Source: a virus. From it: 64,000 nucleotides of DNA. Within the stretch, counting starts at the first letter, position 1. Every line of letters starts with the position of its first letter. Both the position numbers and the translations under genes were made by a program. Shown here one piece after another: positions 47,110 through 56,130 of the stretch. The stretch covers positions 32,001 through 96,000 of IMG/VR virus record IMGVR_UViG_3300048074_000120; one strand, given 5' to 3'. The notes under the pieces are model-generated. The model was given only the letters and a program-made list of their open reading frames with translations, made no database searches and was not told where the DNA came from.

Positions 47110-48357
47110 ATGGCATTCGGTAAGAACAACGCAAATCTCCAAGGCATGAGCCTTCGTCAAAAGATGAAGCAAGGCGCCCGGAAAGCTCCGAAGGGCGGGG
47201 GTGGAAGAAGCACACCCTATTTCGTCAATCGGTATGAGCCGCCCACAACGGGACCGGCCGACATCATCCGTCTAATCCCGGGGGAGTATGAGGCACCCGT
47301 TGTCGACTACGACAACAAGGACTTTGCCTTCGACGAGAATGGTCAGCCCATCACGGCGGTCTACCCGTTCTACCGCTACATCAACTACTTCCACGGGGGT
47401 AAAAAGCAGGGCTGCATTGGGTCAGAAGGGCCCCTAGGAGAGTTCAAAGGTAAAGGGCAACCCTGCGTTGCTGCTGACTGGTTCTGGTGGGAGTGGCGTG
47501 AGCGCCAACGCCACAGCGTCAACGGCAAGCCCGCAGCCAAACCCAAGGCAATGAGCCGCAGTGATAAGTGGGCCTTTACCGTTGTTGTAGAAGCTCCCTT
47601 CTACCAGGTCCCACAGATCGACAAAAACTCTGGGCAGATCCGCGTCAACCCCAACACGAAAGAGCCCTACTACGACTGGCGCAAAGGCTCCGTACGCGGA
47701 AACGACGAGTACGCCGCAGCTGGATACAAGAAGAAGGATGGTCACCGGCAGCACTGGTCTATGCCGTATGCTCACTTCAACGTGCTCACTGAGTACGGGG
47801 ACAGCCTCGCCAAGCACTGCCGAAGCTGCGGTGGCAACAACACCATCGAGGAACTGGCCCTCGTCTGCCGCAGCTGTGGAGAGGCTATTGTCATCTTCGA
47901 CGAAACAACGCTATCGGACGACGACATCCTCCGCATGCGTGATGAACCCGTGCAATGCCCCCACTGCAAGTACCACGGCTATCTGGACAACGTCATCCAG
48001 TGCACCAACTGCGATAAGCCAGAGGCGGCAACGCTCTTTGACTTTGACCTCGAGGTAAAGCGCATCCCCGGCTCGGACGACGCCAACAACAAGACAACAA
48101 CGCTCTCAATCCTGCGAGCGATCGGACCACGCCCCTTGAACCCAAAGTTTGGGGAAGACCTGCGCAAACCGCTAGACCTACCCAAGATCTTTGCCCCCAC
48201 ACCGCTCGCACAGCAAGAAAAGATGTTTGGCACTCCACCAGACGACAGCGATGAGCCGTTGACAAGAACACCCGTCACCCGAACACCTGAGCCGCCCGCT
48301 GAAGAAGAGGAAGAGGCTCCGTTGGACGAGGGCGAGTACTCTGATTACAACAGCTAA
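47110..48357 (+). CDS. putative single-stranded DNA-binding protein (gp32-like) with zinc fingers
   Basis: Between primase and polA; IIRLIPG, aromatic-rich core, four CxxC, acidic tail EEEEEAPLDEGEYSDYNS. Confidence 0.6.
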   Translation: MAFGKNNANLQGMSLRQKMKQGARKAPKGGGGRSTPYFVNRYEPPTTGPADIIRLIPGEYEAPVVDYDNKDFAFDENGQPITAVYPFYRYINYFHGGKKQGCIGSEGPLGEFKGKGQPCVAADWFWWEWRERQRHSVNGKPAAKPKAMSRSDKWAFTVVVEAPFYQVPQIDKNSGQIRVNPNTKEPYYDWRKGSVRGNDEYAAAGYKKKDGHRQHWSMPYAHFNVLTEYGDSLAKHCRSCGGNNTIEELALVCRSCGEAIVIFDETTLSDDDILRMRDEPVQCPHCKYHGYLDNVIQCTNCDKPEAATLFDFDLEVKRIPGSDDANNKTTTLSILRAIGPRPLNPKFGEDLRKPLDLPKIFAPTPLAQQEKMFGTPPDDSDEPLTRTPVTRTPEPPAEEEEEAPLDEGEYSDYNS

Positions 48358-48372
48358 CTAACCAATGAAAGG

Positions 48373-48401
48373 AGAGGGCCTCTTTACTAGGGGCCCTCTT
48401 T
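48373..48401 (+). terminator. hairpin (terminator/attenuator) between SSB and polA
   Basis: AGAGGGCC/GGCCCTCT stem followed by TTCT. Confidence 0.55.
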
Positions 48402-48407
48402 CTACTT

Positions 48408-50462
48408 ATGGGCTGGAATATTCAGTTACCGGATGCCGAGTACTACGATCTCCAAAGCCCTGGGCTAGATGGGATTGTTCGTGAAATCAGAGACCAAAAG
48501 AGTGTCGCCATCGACACTGAAACCGACGGCCTCTCCATTGTCCGTTGTCGTCCCTATTACTGGTCGTTGAGTTGGACGAGTAAGAACGGGCGTGACCGTA
48601 GGCTTTCCCTCAAGGCCGATGCCTTCCCCGCATTCAAAGAAGTCTTCAACGACTACAACCGCAGCTGGGTCTTTGTAAACGCCAAGTTCGACGCACACAT
48701 GATGGCCAATGGCGGGTTCCCTTTGAAGGGAAAGCTCGTCGATGTCTCGGTCATGCATGCACTGCTGTACGAGGAAGATCCCCACGGGCTAAAGGACATG
48801 GCTCGCGTCCATCTCGGATGGAAGTGGACCGACTTCTCCGATACCTTCGGGAAAGTTCGAGCCAGGACGTGCATCTGCGGCGGCACGGAAGCCTCACACG
48901 GCCCCAACAGGAACTTCTGCAAAAAGACGGGCTGCATGCAGTTTCGCCAGGTCAACTCGCTCGACATGCTGGAGAGAGCCGAACGAGAGAACCCAGAGCT
49001 CCTGGTGGACTACACCGCCAACGACGCCTACGGCACCTGGAAGCTCAAGCAGCTGCTCGACAAAGAACTTGCAGAAGCACAAACGCACAGCCTCTACACA
49101 GACCAGTGGCCTTACATCCACACAATGTACGACTACTTCTACAAGACAGAGGTGCCCTTCACCAGAGTCCTGTGGGGCTGCGAGCGCAATGGCCTCAAAG
49201 TAGACCGGGGGTATCTCGAGCGCATCTCACCGACCATCCTCAGCGATTTAGAGAAGCTTCGCTTTGAGATCAATAGGCTCACCGGGCGCATCATGAAAAC
49301 AGCCGGGCCCGACCTGGTGAAGTACTTCATCGATGAATGCCGACTTACCCCGCACAAGATGACCAAAGGCGGTAAGAGCGGCGTCAAGAAACCCTCCATC
49401 GACGCAAAGTACCTCGGTTGGGTAGCAGAGGAGTATTCCGACGAAACCGTAGGAAAGGTTGCCAAGCTCCTCATCGAGCACGGCGCCATCTCAAAGCAGT
49501 TCAGCACCTACATCGAGAAGATGCCAGGAAGGCTCGACCCTAACGACTGCGTTCACATGAAGCTGAACCAGGATGTGGCCCGCACGGGGCGCCTCTCCTC
49601 CAGTGATCCGAACATGCAGAACGTGACCACTGGCGAGAAGGATCGCTTCCATCTGCGAAACGCCTTCATCTGTGAGGCAGACGAAGACGTTGTAGTTGCC
49701 GACTACTCACAGCTGGAAATGCGGCTACTAGCCGCTGCTGCGCAAGAGCCGGCCATGATGGACATCTTCCACAAGAACTGGGACATCCACACGGGCAACG
49801 CTGTGCTCATGTACGACATCCCCTACGAGGAAATCGTAGAAGCAACGGCGATTGCTAAGCAGGTCAAGAAAGGCAAGCTCCCCGAAACAGCCCTTACGCC
49901 CCGCGTCTGGGAATGCCTCAACGCACGCAGCGATGTGAAGAACATCGGGTTTGGTCTCAACTACGGGATGAAGTCCAAAGCCATGGCCGCCCGCATGGGC
50001 TGCTCTGTCGCCGAAGCCGAAGCCAAGATCAAGCGGTACATGGAGACCTACCCTGCCGTTCGAGCTTACTTCGACCAGGCCATCGTCGAGGTTCGGGATT
50101 GTGGCTATGCCTTTACCCTCATGGGGCGCCGTCGTAGCCTCCCTGACATCTGGGCAAGGCGCGACTACCAACGCTTCAGGGCTGAACGTCAGGCATCCAA
50201 CCTGCCCATTCAGGGCACGGCCGCCGAAGCGTGCAAGATGGCCATGACCAGCATCTTCGAGGACGGAGAACTCGAACGCAAGTACGGCTACAAGATGCGC
50301 CTGCAAGTCCATGATGAAATCCTCGGCACCTGCCCCAAGGAGCACACGGACATCGTGAAGTCCTACATCAAGGAATGGATGGAACACCCATTCCCGAGCG
50401 ACATAGGAGTCCCACTAACCATCGACATTGGCTCAGGCCCCTCCTGGGGTGCCGCCAAGTGA
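48408..50462 (+). CDS. polA: family A DNA polymerase with 3'-5' exonuclease
   Basis: AIDTET, NAKFD, YTAND; GRLSSSDPNMQN, ADYSQLEMR, KNIGFGLNYG (Phe at the 762-equivalent position), LQVHDE. Confidence 0.95.
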   Translation: MGWNIQLPDAEYYDLQSPGLDGIVREIRDQKSVAIDTETDGLSIVRCRPYYWSLSWTSKNGRDRRLSLKADAFPAFKEVFNDYNRSWVFVNAKFDAHMMANGGFPLKGKLVDVSVMHALLYEEDPHGLKDMARVHLGWKWTDFSDTFGKVRARTCICGGTEASHGPNRNFCKKTGCMQFRQVNSLDMLERAERENPELLVDYTANDAYGTWKLKQLLDKELAEAQTHSLYTDQWPYIHTMYDYFYKTEVPFTRVLWGCERNGLKVDRGYLERISPTILSDLEKLRFEINRLTGRIMKTAGPDLVKYFIDECRLTPHKMTKGGKSGVKKPSIDAKYLGWVAEEYSDETVGKVAKLLIEHGAISKQFSTYIEKMPGRLDPNDCVHMKLNQDVARTGRLSSSDPNMQNVTTGEKDRFHLRNAFICEADEDVVVADYSQLEMRLLAAAAQEPAMMDIFHKNWDIHTGNAVLMYDIPYEEIVEATAIAKQVKKGKLPETALTPRVWECLNARSDVKNIGFGLNYGMKSKAMAARMGCSVAEAEAKIKRYMETYPAVRAYFDQAIVEVRDCGYAFTLMGRRRSLPDIWARRDYQRFRAERQASNLPIQGTAAEACKMAMTSIFEDGELERKYGYKMRLQVHDEILGTCPKEHTDIVKSYIKEWMEHPFPSDIGVPLTIDIGSGPSWGAAK

Positions 50463-50463
50463 C

Positions 50464-50784
50464 ATGAACAAGTTCGAGCTAGACCGCATGGTGGCCTTCG
50501 ATATGGACATGGAAATTCAAGAAGTAGCCAGGGTAACCTCACTCTTCTTGGAGCTTGCCGTCAAAGACATAGCAAAAGGCCACCCGCTAAATCTACGTTG
50601 CTTTGGCAAGTTCAAGCTTGCTATCCAAGGTGGTGCACCTCCCCCACATCAACGCTACGGGGGAGGGAATAACAGCGAAGACGGACAACAACGGCGCTTT
50701 CGAGTACACTTCAGAAAGTCGGTCACCCTGGCTAAAGCAATCAGGGCCCAACAGGAGAAGAAGCATGGACAAGTACGCCGTTGA
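50464..50784 (+). CDS. HU/IHF-like DNA-binding protein
   Basis: Start at 50464; LNLRCFGKFKL and RVHFRKSVTLAKAI match the HU pattern. Confidence 0.75.
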   Translation: MNKFELDRMVAFDMDMEIQEVARVTSLFLELAVKDIAKGHPLNLRCFGKFKLAIQGGAPPPHQRYGGGNNSEDGQQRRFRVHFRKSVTLAKAIRAQQEKKHGQVRR

Positions 50785-50944
50785 TGAATCAGTCGATCAA
50801 AACGTGATGGAAAAAGCGGCAGCGCAAGGCTGCCCCGAGTGTGGTGCCAAATGCGAACGGCATGGCAACCTGCTCTTTTGCCCGGTCCATGGCAGTTCGC
50901 CGTTCGAGAAGCAAAGAGACGATGGCAGCCAAAAAGGTCAGTAA
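50765..50944 (+). CDS. small zinc-ribbon protein (59 aa)
   Basis: AGGAG RBS; CPECG...CPVHG. Confidence 0.6.
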   Translation: MDKYAVDESVDQNVMEKAAAQGCPECGAKCERHGNLLFCPVHGSSPFEKQRDDGSQKGQ

Positions 50945-52265
50945 GAAAGTCCAAAAGAAGAAGCCGGTACACCGCCAGCCCAGCACAACCAAGGCTGCCC
51001 CGACGCGGGTAGTGACCGATGAAAGTAGACGGCCCGTAGTAGCTACGCGCGGCCGTCTACTGGGTCTCCCCACCGTCACCGCGGCGCAACGAGCTGCCAA
51101 GCTCCGCGCGACAATGAGTAAAATCAACGAAAAGCACAAGGGCAACGTTGTAGTACCCGCAGACAAAGCGAGCTCAAACTCATACCTCCGACGACCCTGC
51201 GGCGTCATGCAGATCGACATCGACACCGGAGGCGGCATGCCAGCGCAGTCCTTCGTGACCATCGGGGGACCTGATAACTCTGGCAAGTCTTCCTTGCTCT
51301 ATTGCTACTTTGCGATGCACCAGCGCCTGTACGGCGATGACGCGTACATCGCTCTGGCCAACTCTGAGGGGAACATCGACTACCTACAGGCACGCCGCTG
51401 CGGCTGGATCGTCCCAGTCCCCATGGACTACATAAAAGCGCAGCAACAGGAGCGAGAGGCAAGGGGGGTACCACTCCTTACCCAAGAAGAAATCACAGAA
51501 CTTCGCCGTAGCGTTGGCACCAACACCATCGTTGAGGCCACCACAATGGAGGACATCCTCGACATCACCGAGGAGCTGCTCGCGACAAACCTCTACGGCA
51601 TCGTCGGCATTGACTCCTATGAAGGGCTGTCCCCCAAGGCTGAGCTTGCTTTAGACTCCCTCGATGATCATGCCCAGCAAGCGCTCAGAGCCAACAACAT
51701 CACCCGCTTCTTTCAGCACTACGGCCCCATCAAACGGGACCCAGGCCACTTCACCACGCTGATGATGACCACCCAGGTGCGCAGCAATCGTAAGAAGGGT
51801 GAGCTGCCTGGGCCCATGGCAAAGTACGCCAAGGACTGGTCCGACGACACAAGCGCCTGGGCACTCAAGCACTGGCGGTCCATTCACCTAAAGGTCTATA
51901 GCGGCGGCAAAATCTACGAGGGGCCCAAGAGCAGCCAACACGTCGTTGGCAAAGACGTCAACTGGGACATCAGCAAGGGCAAAGACGGAACCCACGACGG
52001 CATCAAGGGCTCAACCCCGTACTACTACGACAGCCGGTGCTTTGACACCCTGCGGTCCGTCATCGTCGCAGGCTTTCGCTACGGCATTGTCGTAGAAAAA
52101 GAGGGCCTGCTCACCTTCATGAACAACGGCGAGCCCGACCAATACCTGTGCCGCATTGCGGGACCTGAGCAGTTCATCCAAGCCATGCAGGAAGAACCCA
52201 AGAGTGAATGGCAGCTGCGTGCGGCCATCTTGGCTGCCGCAGGCGTCTCTGGAATCTATCGATAA
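50922..52265 (+). CDS. recA: RecA/UvsX-like recombinase
   Basis: IDIDTGGGMP, GPDNSGKS, IDSY, TTQVR, GKDV...ISKGK; start MAAKK at 50922. Confidence 0.9.
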   Translation: MAAKKVSKKVQKKKPVHRQPSTTKAAPTRVVTDESRRPVVATRGRLLGLPTVTAAQRAAKLRATMSKINEKHKGNVVVPADKASSNSYLRRPCGVMQIDIDTGGGMPAQSFVTIGGPDNSGKSSLLYCYFAMHQRLYGDDAYIALANSEGNIDYLQARRCGWIVPVPMDYIKAQQQEREARGVPLLTQEEITELRRSVGTNTIVEATTMEDILDITEELLATNLYGIVGIDSYEGLSPKAELALDSLDDHAQQALRANNITRFFQHYGPIKRDPGHFTTLMMTTQVRSNRKKGELPGPMAKYAKDWSDDTSAWALKHWRSIHLKVYSGGKIYEGPKSSQHVVGKDVNWDISKGKDGTHDGIKGSTPYYYDSRCFDTLRSVIVAGFRYGIVVEKEGLLTFMNNGEPDQYLCRIAGPEQFIQAMQEEPKSEWQLRAAILAAAGVSGIYR

Positions 52266-52606
52266 TGAAACAGCTCTCCGCGAAGGCGACCCGCCGACGC
52301 TCCCAGAGGCAAGAACGAGAGCTCGCTGAGGACACGGGAGGCAAAGTCCAAAAAGGCTCAGGCTGCCTCCCGTGGGCCAAGAGCGACGTCACCAATGTCT
52401 TTGGGAGATTCAGGGCAGAGTGCAAGTTCACCCGCGCTCGCTCATTTACCATCACCCGTGAACTCATCTATAAGCTCCGTGGAGAGTGCGATTTTCACGA
52501 GATACCCGTCATCGACGTTTCATTCGTATCCGCCACAGGGAAGACAGACGAGCGCTGGATTTGCATGCCCTACGCCGAGTGGCTCAAGCAAAACGGCAAG
52601 GAGTAA
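52265..52606 (+). CDS. PD-(D/E)xK Holliday-junction resolvase-like nuclease
   Basis: QERELA, GSG, KSDV, AECK motifs; TAATG overlap with recA. Confidence 0.7.
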   Translation: MKQLSAKATRRRSQRQERELAEDTGGKVQKGSGCLPWAKSDVTNVFGRFRAECKFTRARSFTITRELIYKLRGECDFHEIPVIDVSFVSATGKTDERWICMPYAEWLKQNGKE

Positions 52607-52608
52607 CT

Positions 52609-53526
52609 ATGGGATTAGTCCACGTTTCGGACCTCTACACCCAGCCCAATGACGTGATCGCTAACTACATCCTCTGGGCTGGGGACTTAGGGTCTATCTA
52701 CGAGAACTTCATCAAGGAGGACGACGAAGACGTATCCTTTATCGCCGGCTGGCATGGGTCAAAAGCTAGGTCCCGTGGGATCCATGCCTCCGAGATGTCC
52801 GGCGAATGCCGCCTACCTGTCTGGTACTCCCTCAAGGGCGTGCAGCGGGAGGACAAGCAAAGCGATGCCTCCTGGAAGAAGCGCTTTCGCGCCGGGCACA
52901 TGTTCCACGCCATGCTCCAAGAGGACTGGCGGCGCATCTGCGAAAAAAGCGGCGGGCTGATGTCGTTTACCCGAGAGGTTCGCATCGATCCGTCGCTACA
53001 GGCCATTGCTGCCGAGTACGACATCCACTCGAGCTGCGACGGGGTCATCGAGTTTCGGGACGAGCCCTGGGGCGCTGCCGTCCTTCGGGTGGGGCTCGAG
53101 ATAAAGAGTGAGTCCGCCAAGCAGTTCGAGAAAAGGACTGGACCCGAGGACACGCACAAGAGGCAAACCTGCGTGTACATGAAGTGCCTTGACGTGCCGC
53201 TGCTCTGGACGCAGTACATCAACAAAAGCAACTCAAACATCTCACCAAGCAAACCCCCCTACCTGTTTACGTTCGACCATGACCTCTGGAACGTCATCGA
53301 AGCCGAGACTCAGGAGGTTATCCATCTGGCGACCATCAACGAGCAGCCCCCTAAGAAAGAGGGCATCGTGTGCGAATTCTGCGGCTATGCCTGGAAGTGC
53401 AAACCAGACTACCTGGCTCGAAAGCACAGCAGAGACGCAGCCAGAGCCGATCGCGAAAACATGCGCAAGCGCCGCGCCAGGATAAACAATGGCATAGGGA
53501 TGCGCGTACCGAGGAGTCAACCATGA
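52609..53526 (+). CDS. Cas4-like / RecB-family exonuclease with predicted Fe-S cluster
   Basis: IHASEMSGEC, GHMFH, CDG, EIKS, QTCVYM, CEFCGYAWKC. Confidence 0.8.
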   Translation: MGLVHVSDLYTQPNDVIANYILWAGDLGSIYENFIKEDDEDVSFIAGWHGSKARSRGIHASEMSGECRLPVWYSLKGVQREDKQSDASWKKRFRAGHMFHAMLQEDWRRICEKSGGLMSFTREVRIDPSLQAIAAEYDIHSSCDGVIEFRDEPWGAAVLRVGLEIKSESAKQFEKRTGPEDTHKRQTCVYMKCLDVPLLWTQYINKSNSNISPSKPPYLFTFDHDLWNVIEAETQEVIHLATINEQPPKKEGIVCEFCGYAWKCKPDYLARKHSRDAARADRENMRKRRARINNGIGMRVPRSQP

Positions 53527-54170
53527 ACGACAGCACAATCCACGGCGGTCTTTACGTCCCGCCCGGCATGGATAGCGTAGGTGAGCAAGCCGAAGAGAAC
53601 ATCCACAAACGCTGGGAATACTCAGAGGAAGTATCGGACTACTTGGAAAACGAACTGGGCATCTCTCCCCCCTCAGAGCCTCAATTCGCCTGTCCCACGC
53701 TGTCCTCAGAAGATCTCACAAACCCAGACAGCACGGCGTACTCCACACGCTACGCAGAGTTCATGGCCTGGTACACCTACCTCACCGAGGTGCTGTCCCG
53801 CCACGAATCAAAGCTCCTCGAGTACGAATACGAAATGGAGGACATCGCATCGAACATCCGAGAGTCCCTGCGCAAGAACAGCACTCGGAAGACCAAGGAC
53901 GGAGAAACCAAAGCCCCGTCTGCTGGGGAAATGGAAGACCGCATTCAGGTCAACCCCCGCTTCATCGAACTCAAGCAGAGAAAGCTCAGATCGACTGAGA
54001 TCATAAAACGCCTGAGCGCCAAGACCGAGGGGTTGTACCGGCAAATACAACTACTATCCCGACAGGTTGAAATCCGCCGTCAGAATTTCGATGGCAACAA
54101 CCGCGGAGGTACTGTACAAGGACGAGGCGGCTTGCCTTACGGGATGCGCACGCCGGCAAGGCCCACATGA
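53523..54170 (+). CDS. coiled-coil protein, UvsY-like recombination mediator candidate
   Basis: GAGGAG RBS; helical pattern Y..W...L...E.K...E.R...NP.F..L in the recA cluster. Confidence 0.45.
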   Translation: MNDSTIHGGLYVPPGMDSVGEQAEENIHKRWEYSEEVSDYLENELGISPPSEPQFACPTLSSEDLTNPDSTAYSTRYAEFMAWYTYLTEVLSRHESKLLEYEYEMEDIASNIRESLRKNSTRKTKDGETKAPSAGEMEDRIQVNPRFIELKQRKLRSTEIIKRLSAKTEGLYRQIQLLSRQVEIRRQNFDGNNRGGTVQGRGGLPYGMRTPARPT

Positions 54171-54631
54171 TCCACCTCACGCTTCCCTGGCTGCCACCTT
54201 CCGTCAACGACCTCTATAAGCCCGTGATCAAGGGCACTGGCTTCAAGAAGATAGCCATCCAGACACTCTCGGCAGCCGGAAGGAAGTTCAAAAAGGAGGC
54301 CATTGCCTACCTAGTCAAAAACTGCCAGCCCCAAATGCGTTGGTTCAAACCCAACGGGACCTACGTCATGTTCACCCTGTTCGGGGTACAAAATCTAGAG
54401 AACAAGGGCTGGCCAAAAACGGCCAAGGCTAGGTATAAGAAGGCCGACGTCACCAACCGAATGAAGGTCCTCGAAGACGTCATCGCTGAGGCCAGTGCCG
54501 TAGACGACTCCGCCTACCTACTGTCCATCTGCCAAAAACGGTCCAGCGATACGGCCGTCACTGACGTTTGGATCTGGAACCTAGACGAGGAGGGTTGCCC
54601 TTTCTATGCTGCCGCTAGCAGCCTTCGATAA
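54167..54631 (+). CDS. rusA: RusA-like Holliday junction resolvase
   Basis: LPWLPPSVNDLY, ADVTNRMKVLED, VDDS. Confidence 0.8.
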   Translation: MIHLTLPWLPPSVNDLYKPVIKGTGFKKIAIQTLSAAGRKFKKEAIAYLVKNCQPQMRWFKPNGTYVMFTLFGVQNLENKGWPKTAKARYKKADVTNRMKVLEDVIAEASAVDDSAYLLSICQKRSSDTAVTDVWIWNLDEEGCPFYAAASSLR

Positions 54632-54995
54632 GTACAACTTCTCAGAGCTGTACCAACTGTGCATTCGGGCAGAACTCCCAGTGCTACCAACAACCCCCAG
54701 GGAAAAGCTCATTGCGTACCTGACCGGGGATGAAGAACCGCCCGAACTCGAGGAAGACGACCATCCCATTCATTCTTGGAGAAACGCCATCATTGGCTTT
54801 CTGCTCGATCAGTGGAAGAAGATGGCAACTCAAATCACGTGCCCAGCCAAAGCACTCAAAGACCCCATCAACCCCAATCCAAGGCCGTGCTTCGGCTGCG
54901 TCGATACGCAAGTGATCACGTGCCTTGTCCAAAACCACAAAGCTGAAGCACTCATCTCACCCTATCGTTTACTAAGGAGACCCGTAACAAAATGA
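54606..54995 (+). CDS. HeH/Rho-N-like domain protein with Cys-rich C-terminus
   Basis: FDKYNFSELYQLCIRAELP...REKLIAYL; GAGGAG RBS. Confidence 0.6.
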   Translation: MLPLAAFDKYNFSELYQLCIRAELPVLPTTPREKLIAYLTGDEEPPELEEDDHPIHSWRNAIIGFLLDQWKKMATQITCPAKALKDPINPNPRPCFGCVDTQVITCLVQNHKAEALISPYRLLRRPVTK

Positions 54996-55663
54996 CCACA
55001 GCGAAACTGAGCTTGGAAACCGCCCCCACCACCCTCGAAGACATGATGAAGATCGGTAGGTTCAACCTCCGACTTCTCGCGCAGGAGTTTGGCCTGTTCA
55101 ACACCGAGGAATCAAAGGCAGCCTTCATGCAGCTATCAAACGAGGGTCAGGCAAAAGCCCTCCTCGATGCTGCTACAAAACTCCGCGGGGGCGGCAAAGG
55201 CAAAGCCACTGCTGCAACCGGGACCGGTGCCGCCCAGCGCACCCCCGCCACCGGAAAGGGTGCCGGCACCGGCAGAAAGCCAGCCACCAAAACGGAAGAA
55301 CCCCCAGAGGAGACGCCCGCGGACCCGGCCGCAGCCAGGGCTCCGGCGACCGCAGCAGCCGCTGGCGCAGCCAACACCGTAAAGCTCATGCAAGGCATTG
55401 CCGCTGCTTGCGAAGGCATCAAGGGCGCCGTCGAGACCACGGACGGCTCCATCGTGGCCGTACAGAGCACGCTCGAAGCCATCAATATGGCCCTGTGGTT
55501 CAACACCGCCCTGACCGTGCTTCAGATCGAACAAACCATCCAGATTGACCGGGCCGAAATCATCGAGATGGCCATGCAGGAAATCCCGGGCCTCAAGGAT
55601 GCCCTCAGCGCCGCCCAGCCCGCCAGTGGCGAAGAGGAGTACGCCGAAGAGGGAAACGCGTAA
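54992..55663 (+). CDS. HeH-like protein with Ala/Thr/Pro linker; candidate -1 frameshift extension to 55851
   Basis: RFNLRLLAQEFGL; ends G GGA AAC GCG TAA. Confidence 0.75.
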   Translation: MTTAKLSLETAPTTLEDMMKIGRFNLRLLAQEFGLFNTEESKAAFMQLSNEGQAKALLDAATKLRGGGKGKATAATGTGAAQRTPATGKGAGTGRKPATKTEEPPEETPADPAAARAPATAAAAGAANTVKLMQGIAAACEGIKGAVETTDGSIVAVQSTLEAINMALWFNTALTVLQIEQTIQIDRAEIIEMAMQEIPGLKDALSAAQPASGEEEYAEEGNA

Positions 55664-55851
55664 AGGTCGAGACTTGGCCCAGCTGCATCCGTGCCAGGAT
55701 TCAAGACACGATTGAAATCGACGAAGGCTACCTACTGAGCCTCGACTACAATCAACTTCGAATCCTGGCCATGCAGCTCGGCGTGCTGGTCCAAGATGAC
55801 CCGAGTCTCGACCTATTGCGACAGAGAATTCGCCAGTGCCAACTGGTGTAA
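55657..55851 (+). CDS. start-less 64-aa ORF (HeH-like), reachable by -1 frameshift
   Basis: RVKVETWPSCIRARIQDTIEIDEGYLLSLDYNQLRILAMQLGVLVQDDPSLDLLRQRIRQCQLV; no ATG/GTG/TTG before the conserved helix. Confidence 0.6.
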   Translation, partial: RVKVETWPSCIRARIQDTIEIDEGYLLSLDYNQLRILAMQLGVLVQDDPSLDLLRQRIRQCQLV

Positions 55852-55891
55852 GGCACTGCGAAATTGCACTCAAGTACGCAGTAAGGTCAAC

Positions 55892-56086
55892 ATGAGTGCA
55901 TCGTGCAAAGGGGAACTGATCTGGCAGGGCATGCGATGGTGCTGCGTCAACTGCGGCTGCGAAAGCACGTATTGGGAGACTACCCATCAGCCCATCCAGT
56001 CCAAAGCAGATCACTTCCTAGGGTGTCTGCTCGTGCTGGCTGAAAGCTCGACGGCGCCAACTGCGACTACAAGCTCCTCAATGTAG
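55892..56086 (+). CDS. small Cys-rich protein (64 aa)
   Basis: TAAGGT RBS before 55892; C...CCVNCGC...H. Confidence 0.55.
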   Translation: MSASCKGELIWQGMRWCCVNCGCESTYWETTHQPIQSKADHFLGCLLVLAESSTAPTATTSSSM

Positions 56087-56093
56087 TCGTGGG

Positions 56094-56130
56094 AAGTGGG
56101 AACCAGCGGAGGCTGACTTCCCACTTTTTA
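56094..56130. terminator. terminator at the end of the replication block (convergent junction)
   Basis: AAGTGGGAA/TTCCCACTT outer stem, CAGC-GGAG-GCTG inner stem, T-tract. Confidence 0.8.

Noticed and set aside
22062-52265. Bacterial chromosome (rpoBC, dnaB, polA, recA, HU)
   Set aside because: Genes are divergent and interleaved with capsid, portal, terminase and spike genes; no ribosomal-protein context around rpoBC.
5715-53370. ORF-track longest starts (6134, 12073, 11988, 17019, 28493, 37491, 42519, 50428, 50841, 52208, 52486, 53370)
   Set aside because: They overlap neighbouring genes and lack RBS; downstream ATGs with clear SD or stop/start coupling were used instead.
52609-53526. CRISPR-Cas locus suggested by the Cas4-like nuclease
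   Set aside because: No cas1/cas2 and no repeat-spacer array seen; the context is a recombination operon.
7471-56014. Long antisense ORFs such as 7471-8232, 21292-22065, 33367-34284, 38949-39695, 49728-50387, 55136-56014
   Set aside because: They lie opposite well-supported genes, lack RBS and motifs, and are expected in GC-rich DNA.
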